From the NCBI RefSeq assembly GCF_000023965.1, contig NC_013202.1, positions 1,440,001 through 1,472,000 on the forward strand: 32,000 nucleotides of DNA, written 5' to 3'. This DNA comes from Halomicrobium mukohataei DSM 12286. Its GTDB lineage: Archaea > Halobacteriota > Halobacteria > Halobacteriales > Haloarculaceae. The notes below the pieces were generated by a model. The model saw nothing but the letters and a program-made list of their open reading frames with translations. It did no database searches and was not told where the DNA came from. The position numbers were made by a program, and so were the translations under genes. Shown here piece by piece: positions 8,773 to 16,661 of the stretch (its first letter is position 1; each line of letters opens with the position of its first letter).

Positions 8773-8946
8773 CTAGCGCATCTCGTCGAGCGCACGCACG
8801 GTGTCTGACATCAGCCAGGCGTCGTCGCTCTGTTCGTCTTCGATCGAGAGGGCGAAAAACGAGTCGCGGCCGTCGTCGAGCGTGATGTGGTATCCGTGAC
8901 TCGTCAGTTCGTCGTCGCGAGCGGGTGTCTGTTCGGCGTCGGTCAC
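8773..8946 (-). CDS. Small acidic hypothetical protein (57 aa, GTG start)
   Basis: Below the ORF-track length cutoff. Translation: 'VTDAEQTPARDDELTSHGYHITLDDGRDSFFALSIEDEQSDDAWLMSDTVRALDEMR'. Acidic haloarchaeal-like composition. The C-terminal 'AW..SD....L.EMR' resembles a motif I recall from small haloarchaeal proteins. No ATG is available in frame, so I take GTG 8946 as the start. Confidence 0.45.
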   Translation of the reverse strand: MTDAEQTPARDDELTSHGYHITLDDGRDSFFALSIEDEQSDDAWLMSDTVRALDEMR

Positions 8947-9073
8947 GGGCGGCCTAGCCGGTCACGAGGGAAAACAGTCTCGGTCGGGAAAACGGCAGCT
9001 AGAGGTTCTCAAACGCGCGTAGAGAAGAGGCCGCCGTCTGTCAGTTTTCGCCCGATCGGGCGACGAAGCTCGC

Positions 9074-9883
9074 TCACCGCACCGTGTAGCCGCCGTCGAT
9101 CAGCACCGACGAGCCGGTGACGTACCACGAGGCTTCACTGGCGAGGTAGACCACCAGCGGCGCGATGTCCTCGGGGCGAGCCATCTCGTCGAGGAGCATC
9201 TCCGATTTCCACAGCGCTTCCAGTTCGGGGTCCTCGCGCAGCGCCTCGTCGACCGGATCGGTGCGGACGTAGCCCGGTGCGACGGCGTTGACGCGGATGC
9301 CGTCGTCGGCCCACTCCGAGGCCAGCTGTCGCGTGAACGAATCGACGGCACCCTTCGTCGCGTTGTACGCGACCTGGTGCTGGGGGTAGTTGGCGACGCG
9401 GGCAGACATCGACGAGAGGTTGACGATCGAGCCGACGCCGCCGCGGGCGCTCTCGTCGTTCTGATCGGCAGTGTCGAGCATCGCCCGGCCAGCGTGTTTC
9501 GCACACCGGAAGGTCCCGGTGAGGTTCACGTCGACGACGCGCTGGAACTGCTCGACGGTCATCTCCTCGGCGGGCGCGTGGACGGTGATGCCGGCGTTGT
9601 TCACGAGCACGTCCACCCCTCCGAACGCCTCGACCGTCGCCTCGACCAGCGCCTCGACCTGCGCTTCGTCGGTCACGTCGGCCTCGTAGGCCCGCACGGT
9701 CGCGTCGGTCGCGGCCTCGATCTCCTCGGCCGCCCGCCGGCCGCTCTCGGCGTCGCGGTTGCCGATCGCCACGTCGGCCCCGGCTTCTGCCAGCGCCTGT
9801 GCGATCGCTCGGCCGATCCCGCGGTTGCCGCCGGTGACGATCGCCGTCTGTCCGTCGAGGCGGAAGCGATCGAGGACGCTCAC
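9074..9883 (-). CDS. SDR-family oxidoreductase (glucose/ketoacyl-reductase-like)
   Basis: '[12 protein letters not shown]' (TGxxxGxG), 'NNAG', catalytic 'S...YNATK'. GTG start at 9883 overlaps the deoC stop (GTGA). Confidence 0.9.
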   Translation of the reverse strand: MSVLDRFRLDGQTAIVTGGNRGIGRAIAQALAEAGADVAIGNRDAESGRRAAEEIEAATDATVRAYEADVTDEAQVEALVEATVEAFGGVDVLVNNAGITVHAPAEEMTVEQFQRVVDVNLTGTFRCAKHAGRAMLDTADQNDESARGGVGSIVNLSSMSARVANYPQHQVAYNATKGAVDSFTRQLASEWADDGIRVNAVAPGYVRTDPVDEALREDPELEALWKSEMLLDEMARPEDIAPLVVYLASEASWYVTGSSVLIDGGYTVR

Positions 9884-10527
9884 GCGTCCTCACCGCCCTC
9901 GGCGGCCCGCCACTCCTCGGCGATCGTCACGCCACTCGACGCGCCGATGCGCTCGGCCCCGGCGTCGAACATGGCCTTCGCTCGCTCCCAGGAGCCGACG
10001 CCGCCACTGGCCTTGACCGGCCGGTACTGGCTCAACAGTTCCACGTCGGCGACCGTCGCGCCACCGTCGGAGAAACCCGTCGCCGTCTTGCAGAACTCGG
10101 CACCGGCCTCCGCGACGATCTCGCCGGCCCGGTGCTTCTCGCCGTCGGTCAGGAGCGGCGCTTCGACGATCACCTTCACCGGGATCGGCACGGCCGCGAC
10201 CACTTCCGAGATCGTCTCCTCGACGGCCGCGTCGGCACCGGCCTTCAGCTGGCCGACGTTACAGACCACGTCGATCTCGTCGGCACCGTCGTCCCACGCC
10301 TCCGTCGCTTCCGCCGCGACGGCGTCGGTCGCGCCCTGGCCGTGGGGAAAGTTCACGACCGTGCTGAGCGGTACGTCCGCGTACTCGTCGGCCCGTTCGA
10401 CGTAACACGGTGGGATACAGGCTCGCAGTCCGTGTTGGGCCGCCTCGTCGAGCACTGTCTGTACGTCGGCCCACCGCGTCGTCGGTCCCAGCACCGTGTG
10501 TTCGATGCGCTCGGGGACGGTGTCCAT
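9880..10527 (-). CDS. deoC: Deoxyribose-phosphate aldolase
   Basis: ATG 10527 ('[17 protein letters not shown]...'). Active-site context '[11 protein letters not shown]' and 'PVKASGGV'. 215 aa. The long N-terminal extension of the listed 496-aa ORF is an S/T/R-rich GC artefact. Confidence 0.9.
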   Translation of the reverse strand: MDTVPERIEHTVLGPTTRWADVQTVLDEAAQHGLRACIPPCYVERADEYADVPLSTVVNFPHGQGATDAVAAEATEAWDDGADEIDVVCNVGQLKAGADAAVEETISEVVAAVPIPVKVIVEAPLLTDGEKHRAGEIVAEAGAEFCKTATGFSDGGATVADVELLSQYRPVKASGGVGSWERAKAMFDAGAERIGASSGVTIAEEWRAAEGGEDA

Positions 10528-10651
10528 AGTCACCCATTGGCGGGTCGCCACGTAAGCCTCCCGACGGCGACGCGGTCGTGGCGTCGGCCAGGCGACCGAG
10601 CCGCCACCGAAGGTCGGAACACTTTCGCCCCTCGGCGACGGTTGGCGGGAT

Positions 10652-11485
10652 ATGCAGATCCTACCGACGAGCTTCGCGCTGCCGCCGCTCCCGTATCTCG
10701 TCGTCCTGCTCGGTGGGGCCGGGCTGGTGACGGCACTGCTCTCGGCCGCGGAACCCGAGATCGACCAGCGGGCAGTGGTGTCCCTGCTGCCGTGGATGGC
10801 GATCGGCGGTGCCTTCCACGCCTTCGAGCAGCTGGCGCTGTACCCGCCCCTGTACGAACCGCTGTTCGGGACGCCAGCGGTGTACCTGACGACCCTCCTC
10901 CTGACCGGCGGCGTCTGGCTCGCTCTCCAGGCCGTCGGTATCGTCCGGGGAAACGAAGACACCGTCGTCCGCAATCTCGGGCTGGTCGGGACGGCGATCT
11001 TCGTCGTGCTGGTCGTCGTCCGCATCTGGCAGTCGATCGCACAGCCGACGTTCTCGCCGGTGTGGCCGGCGGTGTCGCTGATCGTCGCGCTGGCCGTGAC
11101 GGCGCTGGTGGTGCTGGCGATCAGCCTGTGGCGCACGCCCGTGTTCGTCCGGACGCGGTACGCGGGTCCGGTCGTCGTCTTCGCCCACGCGCTCGACGGC
11201 GTCTCGACCGCGATCGGTGCCGACGTGGTCGGGGCCAGCGAGCAGTCGCCGCTGCCGCGTCTGATCATGGAGTTCGCCGGCCAGCTCCCGACGGCCGACC
11301 TGCTCGGTGTCGGGTGGCTGTTCCTGCTGGTGAAGCTGGTGATCGCGGCCGCGATCGTCGTCTCGTTCAACCGCTATCTGGCCGACGAGCCGACCGAGGG
11401 GGCGCTCGTCTTCTCGCTCATCGCCGCGGTCGGAATGGGGCCGGCCACGAACAATCTGTTCCTGTTCCTGGCACCGGCGTTCTGA
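10652..11485 (+). CDS. Polytopic membrane protein, probably DUF63 family
   Basis: 277 aa with about 7 TM segments. The N-terminus '[22 protein letters not shown]' resembles archaeal DUF63 proteins as I recall them. Coding-like codon bias. Confidence 0.75.
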   Translation: MQILPTSFALPPLPYLVVLLGGAGLVTALLSAAEPEIDQRAVVSLLPWMAIGGAFHAFEQLALYPPLYEPLFGTPAVYLTTLLLTGGVWLALQAVGIVRGNEDTVVRNLGLVGTAIFVVLVVVRIWQSIAQPTFSPVWPAVSLIVALAVTALVVLAISLWRTPVFVRTRYAGPVVVFAHALDGVSTAIGADVVGASEQSPLPRLIMEFAGQLPTADLLGVGWLFLLVKLVIAAAIVVSFNRYLADEPTEGALVFSLIAAVGMGPATNNLFLFLAPAF

Positions 11486-11600
11486 CGGCGTCGCTGTCGC
11501 GCGCGACGACCGTCGAACGAGTTGCCTGCCGTTCGGAAGCCGAGCGGTCGCTCCCCCGAGGGGGGCGCTCACCGGCACCTCGCTACATCCGTCCGTATCA

Positions 11601-11679
11601 TACGGATTATTGTAGCGATTTACCGGTGATCGTCTACTCCGTGGCGACGATCACCGGCAAGCAACTACAATAAACCGTA
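11601..11679 (+). mobile_element. Hairpin element A, copy 1 (79 nt, MITE-like)
   Basis: 'TACGGATTATTGTAG...CTACAATAAACCGTA' termini (14/15 inverted). 12-bp perfect inner stem 'CCGGTGATCGTC'/'GACGATCACCGG'. Flanked by direct TCA (11598-11600) and TCA (11680-11682). 76/79 identical to copy 2 and 72/79 to copy 3. Confidence 0.75.
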
Positions 11680-11856
11680 TCAGGCCGTCTCGGCCAGCTT
11701 CACCTCTTCGAGCGCGATCTCCTCGTGCCCGTCCTCGGCCGCCAGCTCTTTGGCGGCCTGAATCGCCTCGCCGGGGCGCTTCAGATCGCCGTCGACGTGG
11801 TAGACTGTCGGTTCGCTCTCCGCGTCGACGCTGAGGTGGACTTCGAGCTGTGGCAT
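11680..11856 (-). CDS. Small acidic hypothetical protein (58 aa)
   Basis: Below the ORF-track cutoff. 'MPQLEVHLSVDAESEPTVYHVDGDLKRPGEAIQAAKELAAEDGHEEIALEEVKLAETA'. Acidic, with GC-rich third codon positions and a TATA-like box about 27 nt upstream of the ATG. The stop TGA (11682-11680) is the right target duplication of element A copy 1. Confidence 0.55.
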   Translation of the reverse strand: MPQLEVHLSVDAESEPTVYHVDGDLKRPGEAIQAAKELAAEDGHEEIALEEVKLAETA

Positions 11857-11879
11857 AGGCGTATGTTCATACTCACAGA

Positions 11880-11886
11880 CATTATC
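11880..11886 (-). promoter_or_regulatory. TATA-like box ('GATAATG' on minus strand) for the small ORF at 11856
   Basis: AT-rich heptamer about 27 nt upstream of ATG 11856, a spacing consistent with a leaderless haloarchaeal mRNA. Confidence 0.35.
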
Positions 11887-11911
11887 TGTTTGGGTCGAGC
11901 CAAAGCACGGC

Positions 11912-11918
11912 TATTTTA
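11912..11918 (+). promoter_or_regulatory. TATA-like box 'TATTTTA' for udp
   Basis: Centred 29 nt upstream of ATG 11944, and the only AT-rich stretch in this intergenic region on that side. Confidence 0.45.
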
Positions 11919-11943
11919 GTCGCCGTCGCCCCTCCCGACGGAC

Positions 11944-12669
11944 ATGGCAAAGCAGCCCCACCTGCTCGTCGAGGACGGCGATCTGAACGACATCGCGCTC
12001 GTTCCCGGCGATCCGGGCCGCGTCGACCGGATCGCCGCCCAGTGTGACGAGGCGACGACGGTCGCCCGGAACCGCGAGTACAAGGTCGTCAACGCGACCT
12101 ACGAGGGTTGCGACCTGACGATCTGCTCGACCGGCATCGGCTCGCCGTCGGCGGCGATCGCGATCGAGGAACTCCACGCCGTCGGGGTCGAGACGGTCAT
12201 CCGGGTCGGCACGACGGGCGCGCTCCAGTCCGACATCGAGATCGGCGACATGGTCGTCGCCACGGGCGCGGCCAAAGACGAGGGGACGACCGAGCGATAC
12301 GAGGCCGAGACGGTGCCGGCCGTGCCGGACTACGCGGTGCTGTCGGCGCTGGTCGAGGCCGCCGAGGCCAACGGCGAGTCCGTCCACGTCGGTCCGATCG
12401 CGACGGACGACGCCTTCTACGCCGAGACCGACGAGTACGTTTCGGCGTGGGAAGCGGCGGGCCTGCTGGCCGTCGAGATGGAGGCCGCCGCGCTGTTCTC
12501 GCTGGCCCGTCGCAAGGGGATGGCCGCTGGCGCGATCTGTACCGTCGACGGCAACCTCGTCGAGGGGACCCAGAAGGGCGAGACCGACGACGAGGAACTG
12601 CCCGAGAAGGCAAAGAACAACGTCGAGCGAGCGATCACGCTGGCACTGGAGACGGCCGCGTCGCTGTAG
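11944..12669 (+). CDS. udp: Uridine phosphorylase / PNP-UDP family nucleoside phosphorylase
   Basis: 'ALVPGDPGRVDRIA', 'CSTGIGSPSAAIAIEEL', 'RVGTTGAL' and 'AVEMEAAALF' are collinear with E. coli Udp motifs ('IVPGDPDRVEKIA','CSTGIGGPSTSIAVEEL','EMESATL'). Confidence 0.85.
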   Translation: MAKQPHLLVEDGDLNDIALVPGDPGRVDRIAAQCDEATTVARNREYKVVNATYEGCDLTICSTGIGSPSAAIAIEELHAVGVETVIRVGTTGALQSDIEIGDMVVATGAAKDEGTTERYEAETVPAVPDYAVLSALVEAAEANGESVHVGPIATDDAFYAETDEYVSAWEAAGLLAVEMEAAALFSLARRKGMAAGAICTVDGNLVEGTQKGETDDEELPEKAKNNVERAITLALETAASL

Positions 12670-12706
12670 TCGACACGCTCATGTCGGCGGCGCGGCAGTG
12701 ACCGGT

Positions 12707-14170
12707 ATGCGCGACCGCCTCGGGCGGGCGATTCGGACGACCGTCGAGCGGGTCCGCCAACTCCAGCGCCGCGAGCGCCACGCGTTTCGCGCCTGGCTGG
12801 AGCGGACTTCGACGATCGTCCACCTCTCCGTGCTGGTCTTCGTCCCGCTGTCGATCGGGCTGGTCACCTACCTCTCGAACACGCTCGACGCACTCTCTTT
12901 CCTGCTGTTCCCGCCGCTGGCTTCGGGTGCGTACACGCTCTTTGCCAACCCGGAGGGCGAGTACGCGAACCCCGCGCAGTTCGTCGGCGGGCTGACGATC
13001 GGCGCGGGCTGTGGCTGGGTCGGTCTGGCCGTCTCGAACCGGGTGGTCGGCGCGGCGGCGGCACTGGAGGTGACGGCCGTCTCGGCCGCTCTGGCCGTGT
13101 TGCTCGTCGGTGCGGCCACGTGGTCGATCGGCCTCGAAGAGCCGGCGGCGTACTCGACGGCGCTGCTGGGGTTACTCGTCCCCTCGGGCCAGCAACCGGC
13201 CTTCCTCGGGAGCGTCTTCGTCGCGAGCCTGCTCGTCGCGAGCGTCTTCGTCGTCTGGCGGCGGGAGTTCTACGAACAGCGCGCGACGGTGCTGTACCAG
13301 TCGGTCAAGGGCGACGATCACGTCCTCGTCCCGATGTACGGCGAGCGGGCGGACGCGACGGCGATGCTGGGCGGCGAGATCGCCAGCGCGCACGACGCGG
13401 GCAAGGTGGTGTTGCTCGACGTGGTCGACGACGAGCGACTGGCACGCGCCGAGCGAGACCTGCTGGACGAACCCGAGACCGGTGACCGGGCGGGTGCTGG
13501 GTCGAACTCCGAAGCGGGACTGTGGGACGACATCGACCGGTCGGCGGTCGCGGACACGGTCGGTCGGCTGGAGACGCGGGCCCACCGCATCGAGACGGCC
13601 GCCGGTGTCCCCTGTGAGGTCGTCGTGGCCGTCGAGAGCGGGTCGCTGGGTCGGACGATCCTCGCGACGGCGACCGAGACGAACTGCGATCTCGTCGCCA
13701 CGCCCTACGCCAAGCACCGCGGTCGGCTCGCGCCGTTCGTCCACGAGCTGTTCCGGAGCGACGTGGACGTACTGGTCCACCGCTCGGCCGACGGCACGAC
13801 CCAGTGGGAGCGGGCACTGGTCCCCGTCCGGCGGGCCAGCGACGTGGCCCACAGCATGATCGACTTCGCGATCCGGCTCACCGGAGCCACCGGCGAGGTC
13901 GCCGTCTGTACCTGTATCGGTCCGTCGGCCAACCGGCGACGCGCCGAGTCGATGCTGTCGAACCTCGCGAACCCGTTCGCGGCACCGATCGAGACCCGCG
14001 TCGCCAGACAGGAGATCGTCCCCTTCCTGCGCGGGACGGCACCCGCCTACGACCTCGTCCTCATCGGTGCCAGCCGCGACCGAAGCGCAGCCTCTCGGTT
14101 CGTCGCGCCGCCGACCTTCGAGAGCATCGCCGAGATGGACACCGACGTGGCCATCGTCGACCGCGGCTAG
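12707..14170 (+). CDS. Membrane protein with N-terminal HPP-like domain and C-terminal universal-stress-protein-like domains
   Basis: N-terminal TM region with 'LLFPPLASGAYTLFANPEGEYANPAQFVGG'. The C-terminal soluble half has two Usp-like modules ('HVLVPMYGERADA...', 'CDLVATPYAKHRG...VDVLVHR'). Start is ATG 12707 or GTG 12698. Confidence 0.75.
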   Translation: MRDRLGRAIRTTVERVRQLQRRERHAFRAWLERTSTIVHLSVLVFVPLSIGLVTYLSNTLDALSFLLFPPLASGAYTLFANPEGEYANPAQFVGGLTIGAGCGWVGLAVSNRVVGAAAALEVTAVSAALAVLLVGAATWSIGLEEPAAYSTALLGLLVPSGQQPAFLGSVFVASLLVASVFVVWRREFYEQRATVLYQSVKGDDHVLVPMYGERADATAMLGGEIASAHDAGKVVLLDVVDDERLARAERDLLDEPETGDRAGAGSNSEAGLWDDIDRSAVADTVGRLETRAHRIETAAGVPCEVVVAVESGSLGRTILATATETNCDLVATPYAKHRGRLAPFVHELFRSDVDVLVHRSADGTTQWERALVPVRRASDVAHSMIDFAIRLTGATGEVAVCTCIGPSANRRRAESMLSNLANPFAAPIETRVARQEIVPFLRGTAPAYDLVLIGASRDRSAASRFVAPPTFESIAEMDTDVAIVDRG

Positions 14171-15354
14171 AGCTCGCCGTCGAGAATCCGGTCCGCGAGG
14201 GACTCGGAGTCTTCGTCACCGAGCGCCGACTCGACCAGCAGGTGACCCCCGATGGCGGCGGGGCTGATCACCACGTCCGCGCCCGCTCGCTTGAGCTTCG
14301 CGACGTTCTCGCGGTCGGTCGCGGCGGCGACGATCCGGACGCCGGGGTTGAGCTGTCTGGCCGTCAGGATCGCCAGCGCGTCCTGTGCGTCGTCGTTGGT
14401 CGCCGCCATCACCGCCTGGGCGCGTTCGATTCCGGCCCGGTACAGCGGCTCCTCGTCGCTGGGATCGGCCGTCAACACCGGGATGTCCCGATGCTGGAGC
14501 GCCGCGGCGTCGTCCGGGTCGTTCGTCACGACCACGAACTCGACCGCACCGGACAGTTCGTCGAGAATCGGTTCGCTCAGGTCGCCGTAGCCGAGGACCA
14601 GTACGTGGTCTTCGAGCAAGTCGAGTTGTGATTCGGTCATGGTTCCGAGTGCCTTCGTGATGCGGCTCTGGATCGCCGGCCCCAGCACCGACCCCAGCGC
14701 CAGCGCGAAGCTGGACGTGCCGAGCACGACCACCGACATGGTGAACAGCTTCGCGGCCTGAGACTGGGGGTCGGGAGAGATGTCGCCGTAGCCGACGGTA
14801 CTCGAAGTGACGATGGCGAAGTACAGCGCGTCGGTCAGCGTCGAGACGCCGCCGAACTGCTCGCGCAGCGCGTACGTACCGGTGGTGATGTACACCTGTC
14901 CACCGATCAGGGCCGCGACCGCGGCCTGCTGGGTCGTCGATACGTCGAGCGCCCGGTCGAACAGCCGTCGGTTGATCAGTACGGTGGGCAGTGAGAGGAC
15001 GGAGAGGACGACCAACGGGAGCGAGACGGGGAGTTCGGTGCCGACGTAGGGCAGATCGATGACGCCCTGCAACAGCCCCTGGATGGCTGTCAGCGGGAGC
15101 AACAGGACCGTCGCGTACCAGCCCGCCCGATACCGTCGTCGCAGACCGGAGACGGCAAAGAGGAGCAGAAAGCCCGTGAGCGCGCCAGTGAACCCGACCG
15201 TCTGGCTCACGACCGTCGGGAGGTGTTCCGCGAGCGGTCCCGAAGCGCGCTGCGCGCTGATGTTCGCGACCCCCGTCACGAACGAGAGCCCGGCGACGAG
15301 CGTCGGCAACAGGAGCACCGCGCGTACCCCCAGCAGGTCGCGAACGTCGTCCAT
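14167..15354 (-). CDS. Potassium channel with RCK_N (TrkA-N) domain, no RCK_C lobe
   Basis: Selectivity filter 'TVGYGD'. Pore helix and TM segments, then the Rossmann-like 'VLVLGYGDLSEPILDEL...VVVTND'. The protein ends about 25 aa after the TrkA-N fold. Its stop overlaps the stop of the HPP/Usp gene (CTAG at 14167-14170). Confidence 0.9.
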   Translation of the reverse strand: MDDVRDLLGVRAVLLLPTLVAGLSFVTGVANISAQRASGPLAEHLPTVVSQTVGFTGALTGFLLLFAVSGLRRRYRAGWYATVLLLPLTAIQGLLQGVIDLPYVGTELPVSLPLVVLSVLSLPTVLINRRLFDRALDVSTTQQAAVAALIGGQVYITTGTYALREQFGGVSTLTDALYFAIVTSSTVGYGDISPDPQSQAAKLFTMSVVVLGTSSFALALGSVLGPAIQSRITKALGTMTESQLDLLEDHVLVLGYGDLSEPILDELSGAVEFVVVTNDPDDAAALQHRDIPVLTADPSDEEPLYRAGIERAQAVMAATNDDAQDALAILTARQLNPGVRIVAAATDRENVAKLKRAGADVVISPAAIGGHLLVESALGDEDSESLADRILDGEL

Positions 15355-15414
15355 ACTCCGTTGCTCGCGTCGGCGCGAGTAAAGCTTGTCTTCTCTCCGC
15401 CCGCGCCGACACCA

Positions 15415-15422
15415 CTATAGAA
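15415..15422 (+). promoter_or_regulatory. TATA-like box 'CTATAGAA' for 15444 gene
   Basis: About 26 nt upstream of ATG 15444 in the 89-nt divergent intergenic region. A 9-bp inverted repeat 'GTCGGCGCG'/'CGCGCCGAC' lies just upstream of it. Confidence 0.4.
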
Positions 15423-15443
15423 CAGGAGCGACAGGGCTGTGAC

Positions 15444-16661
15444 ATGGCTTCCTTTCCCGTCGAAGTGCTGCTGGGCATCTATCTGGGGTTGCTCGTCGGG
15501 ATCATCCCGGCGCTGGTCTCGTGGGCGATGGCGTTTACCTTTCGCTACTTCGCTGGCGTGACCGTCCCGGCCTTCGGTGTCGCCGTCCTCGCGATCGCGC
15601 TGGCGGGAGTCAACGGCGGGCTGCTCGCGCTGGCCGACAAGTCGATCACCGCCAGTCCGAACGCCGAGCGGATCGTCGTCGCGATTCTCGTCGTCAGCAT
15701 GGCGTCGATGTACGCCCACAGCAAGGGCGACTCGATGGGGGCGGACTTTCCCAAGCGGCTCACGCTCACGTCGCTCCGGAATCGCACGCTCTCGAAAGAC
15801 GTGGTCGACTTCGTCGGCGGCGCGGGCGAGGTCCGGATCCACGTCGTCGGCGAGGTGGCAGACATGGAGGGGTACCCGCCACTCCCCGAACCGCTCCGCG
15901 CCGAGATCCGTGGCGGCGAGTGGACGTTCCCGGCAGATCTCCGGCTCGACGAACTCGAACAGCGGCTCGCCGAGCGCCTCAAGACGGAGTTCGACCTCGG
16001 CGACGTGTCGGTCACCGTCGACGAACGCGGTCGGGCGACCGTCGTCGCAGCGCCGCCCTTCTCCGGGCTCTCGAAGCGGATCGAGGACGGCCGCCACGCG
16101 GTGTCGGTCGACGCGTTGCTCCCGACCGGGCTCGCACGCGGCGACGAGGTGACGCTGCTGACGACCGACGCACAGGTCCGCGGGACCGTCGTCAGCGCTC
16201 GCTCAGGGAGTTCCGAATCGGTCGCCGTCCCGGAGCAACCGACGGTCGAAGACGGCGAGCAGCTGCCGGCCCCCGTTCAGGCACCGACTACCGACGGCGG
16301 CGAGGGTCGGCTCACGGCCGGCGTCCGCCGGACCGACGCCCAGCCGCTCTTGCGTGCCGACCGGGCGAAAGTCGTCGTCGAATCTCGGGGCACCCGTCGG
16401 GAGTACGAACTCGTCTCGCTCCTGCGGCGTTCGGACATGCGGTTCCGGCGAGTGACACCGCACAGCGGCCAGCCCCTCGACGGCGTGACGATCGGCGAGG
16501 CGGCCCTCCGAGAGCGCTACGACGTGGCCGTCTTCGCCGTGAGGAAACCCGGCGGCTGGCGGATCGCGCCCGAGGACACGACCGAGCTGGTGGCCGGTGA
16601 ACAGCTGTTCGTCGTCGGGACGCGGGCCGACCTCGACGCCTTCGAGGAGGCGGTGGCGTGA
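15444..16661 (+). CDS. Membrane-anchored TrkA-C (RCK_C) domain protein
   Basis: About 4 N-terminal TM segments. Central 'ELEQRLAERLKTEFDLGDVSVTVDERG'. C-terminal RCK_C-like 'GQPLDGVTIGEAALRERYDVAVFAVRKPGGWRIAPEDTTELVAGEQLFVVG'. Confidence 0.85.
   Translation: MASFPVEVLLGIYLGLLVGIIPALVSWAMAFTFRYFAGVTVPAFGVAVLAIALAGVNGGLLALADKSITASPNAERIVVAILVVSMASMYAHSKGDSMGADFPKRLTLTSLRNRTLSKDVVDFVGGAGEVRIHVVGEVADMEGYPPLPEPLRAEIRGGEWTFPADLRLDELEQRLAERLKTEFDLGDVSVTVDERGRATVVAAPPFSGLSKRIEDGRHAVSVDALLPTGLARGDEVTLLTTDAQVRGTVVSARSGSSESVAVPEQPTVEDGEQLPAPVQAPTTDGGEGRLTAGVRRTDAQPLLRADRAKVVVESRGTRREYELVSLLRRSDMRFRRVTPHSGQPLDGVTIGEAALRERYDVAVFAVRKPGGWRIAPEDTTELVAGEQLFVVGTRADLDAFEEAVA

Noticed and set aside
10132-11673. 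513-aa plus-strand ORF, and the N-terminal 280 codons of the 496-aa minus ORF 9880..11370
   Set aside because: Both are R/G/P/A-rich translations with no motifs. They overlap well-supported genes (deoC, DUF63-like) in other frames or on the opposite strand. Long stop-free frames are expected in DNA with about 70% GC.
11601-11679. Inferring the transcribed strand of element A from G-U versus A-C mismatches
   Set aside because: The evidence is mixed. Positions 22/58 are A/C in copy 1 (which would favour the minus-strand RNA) but G/T in copy 2, and positions 27/53 are T/G in copy 3 (both favouring the plus-strand RNA). Three copies are too few to decide.
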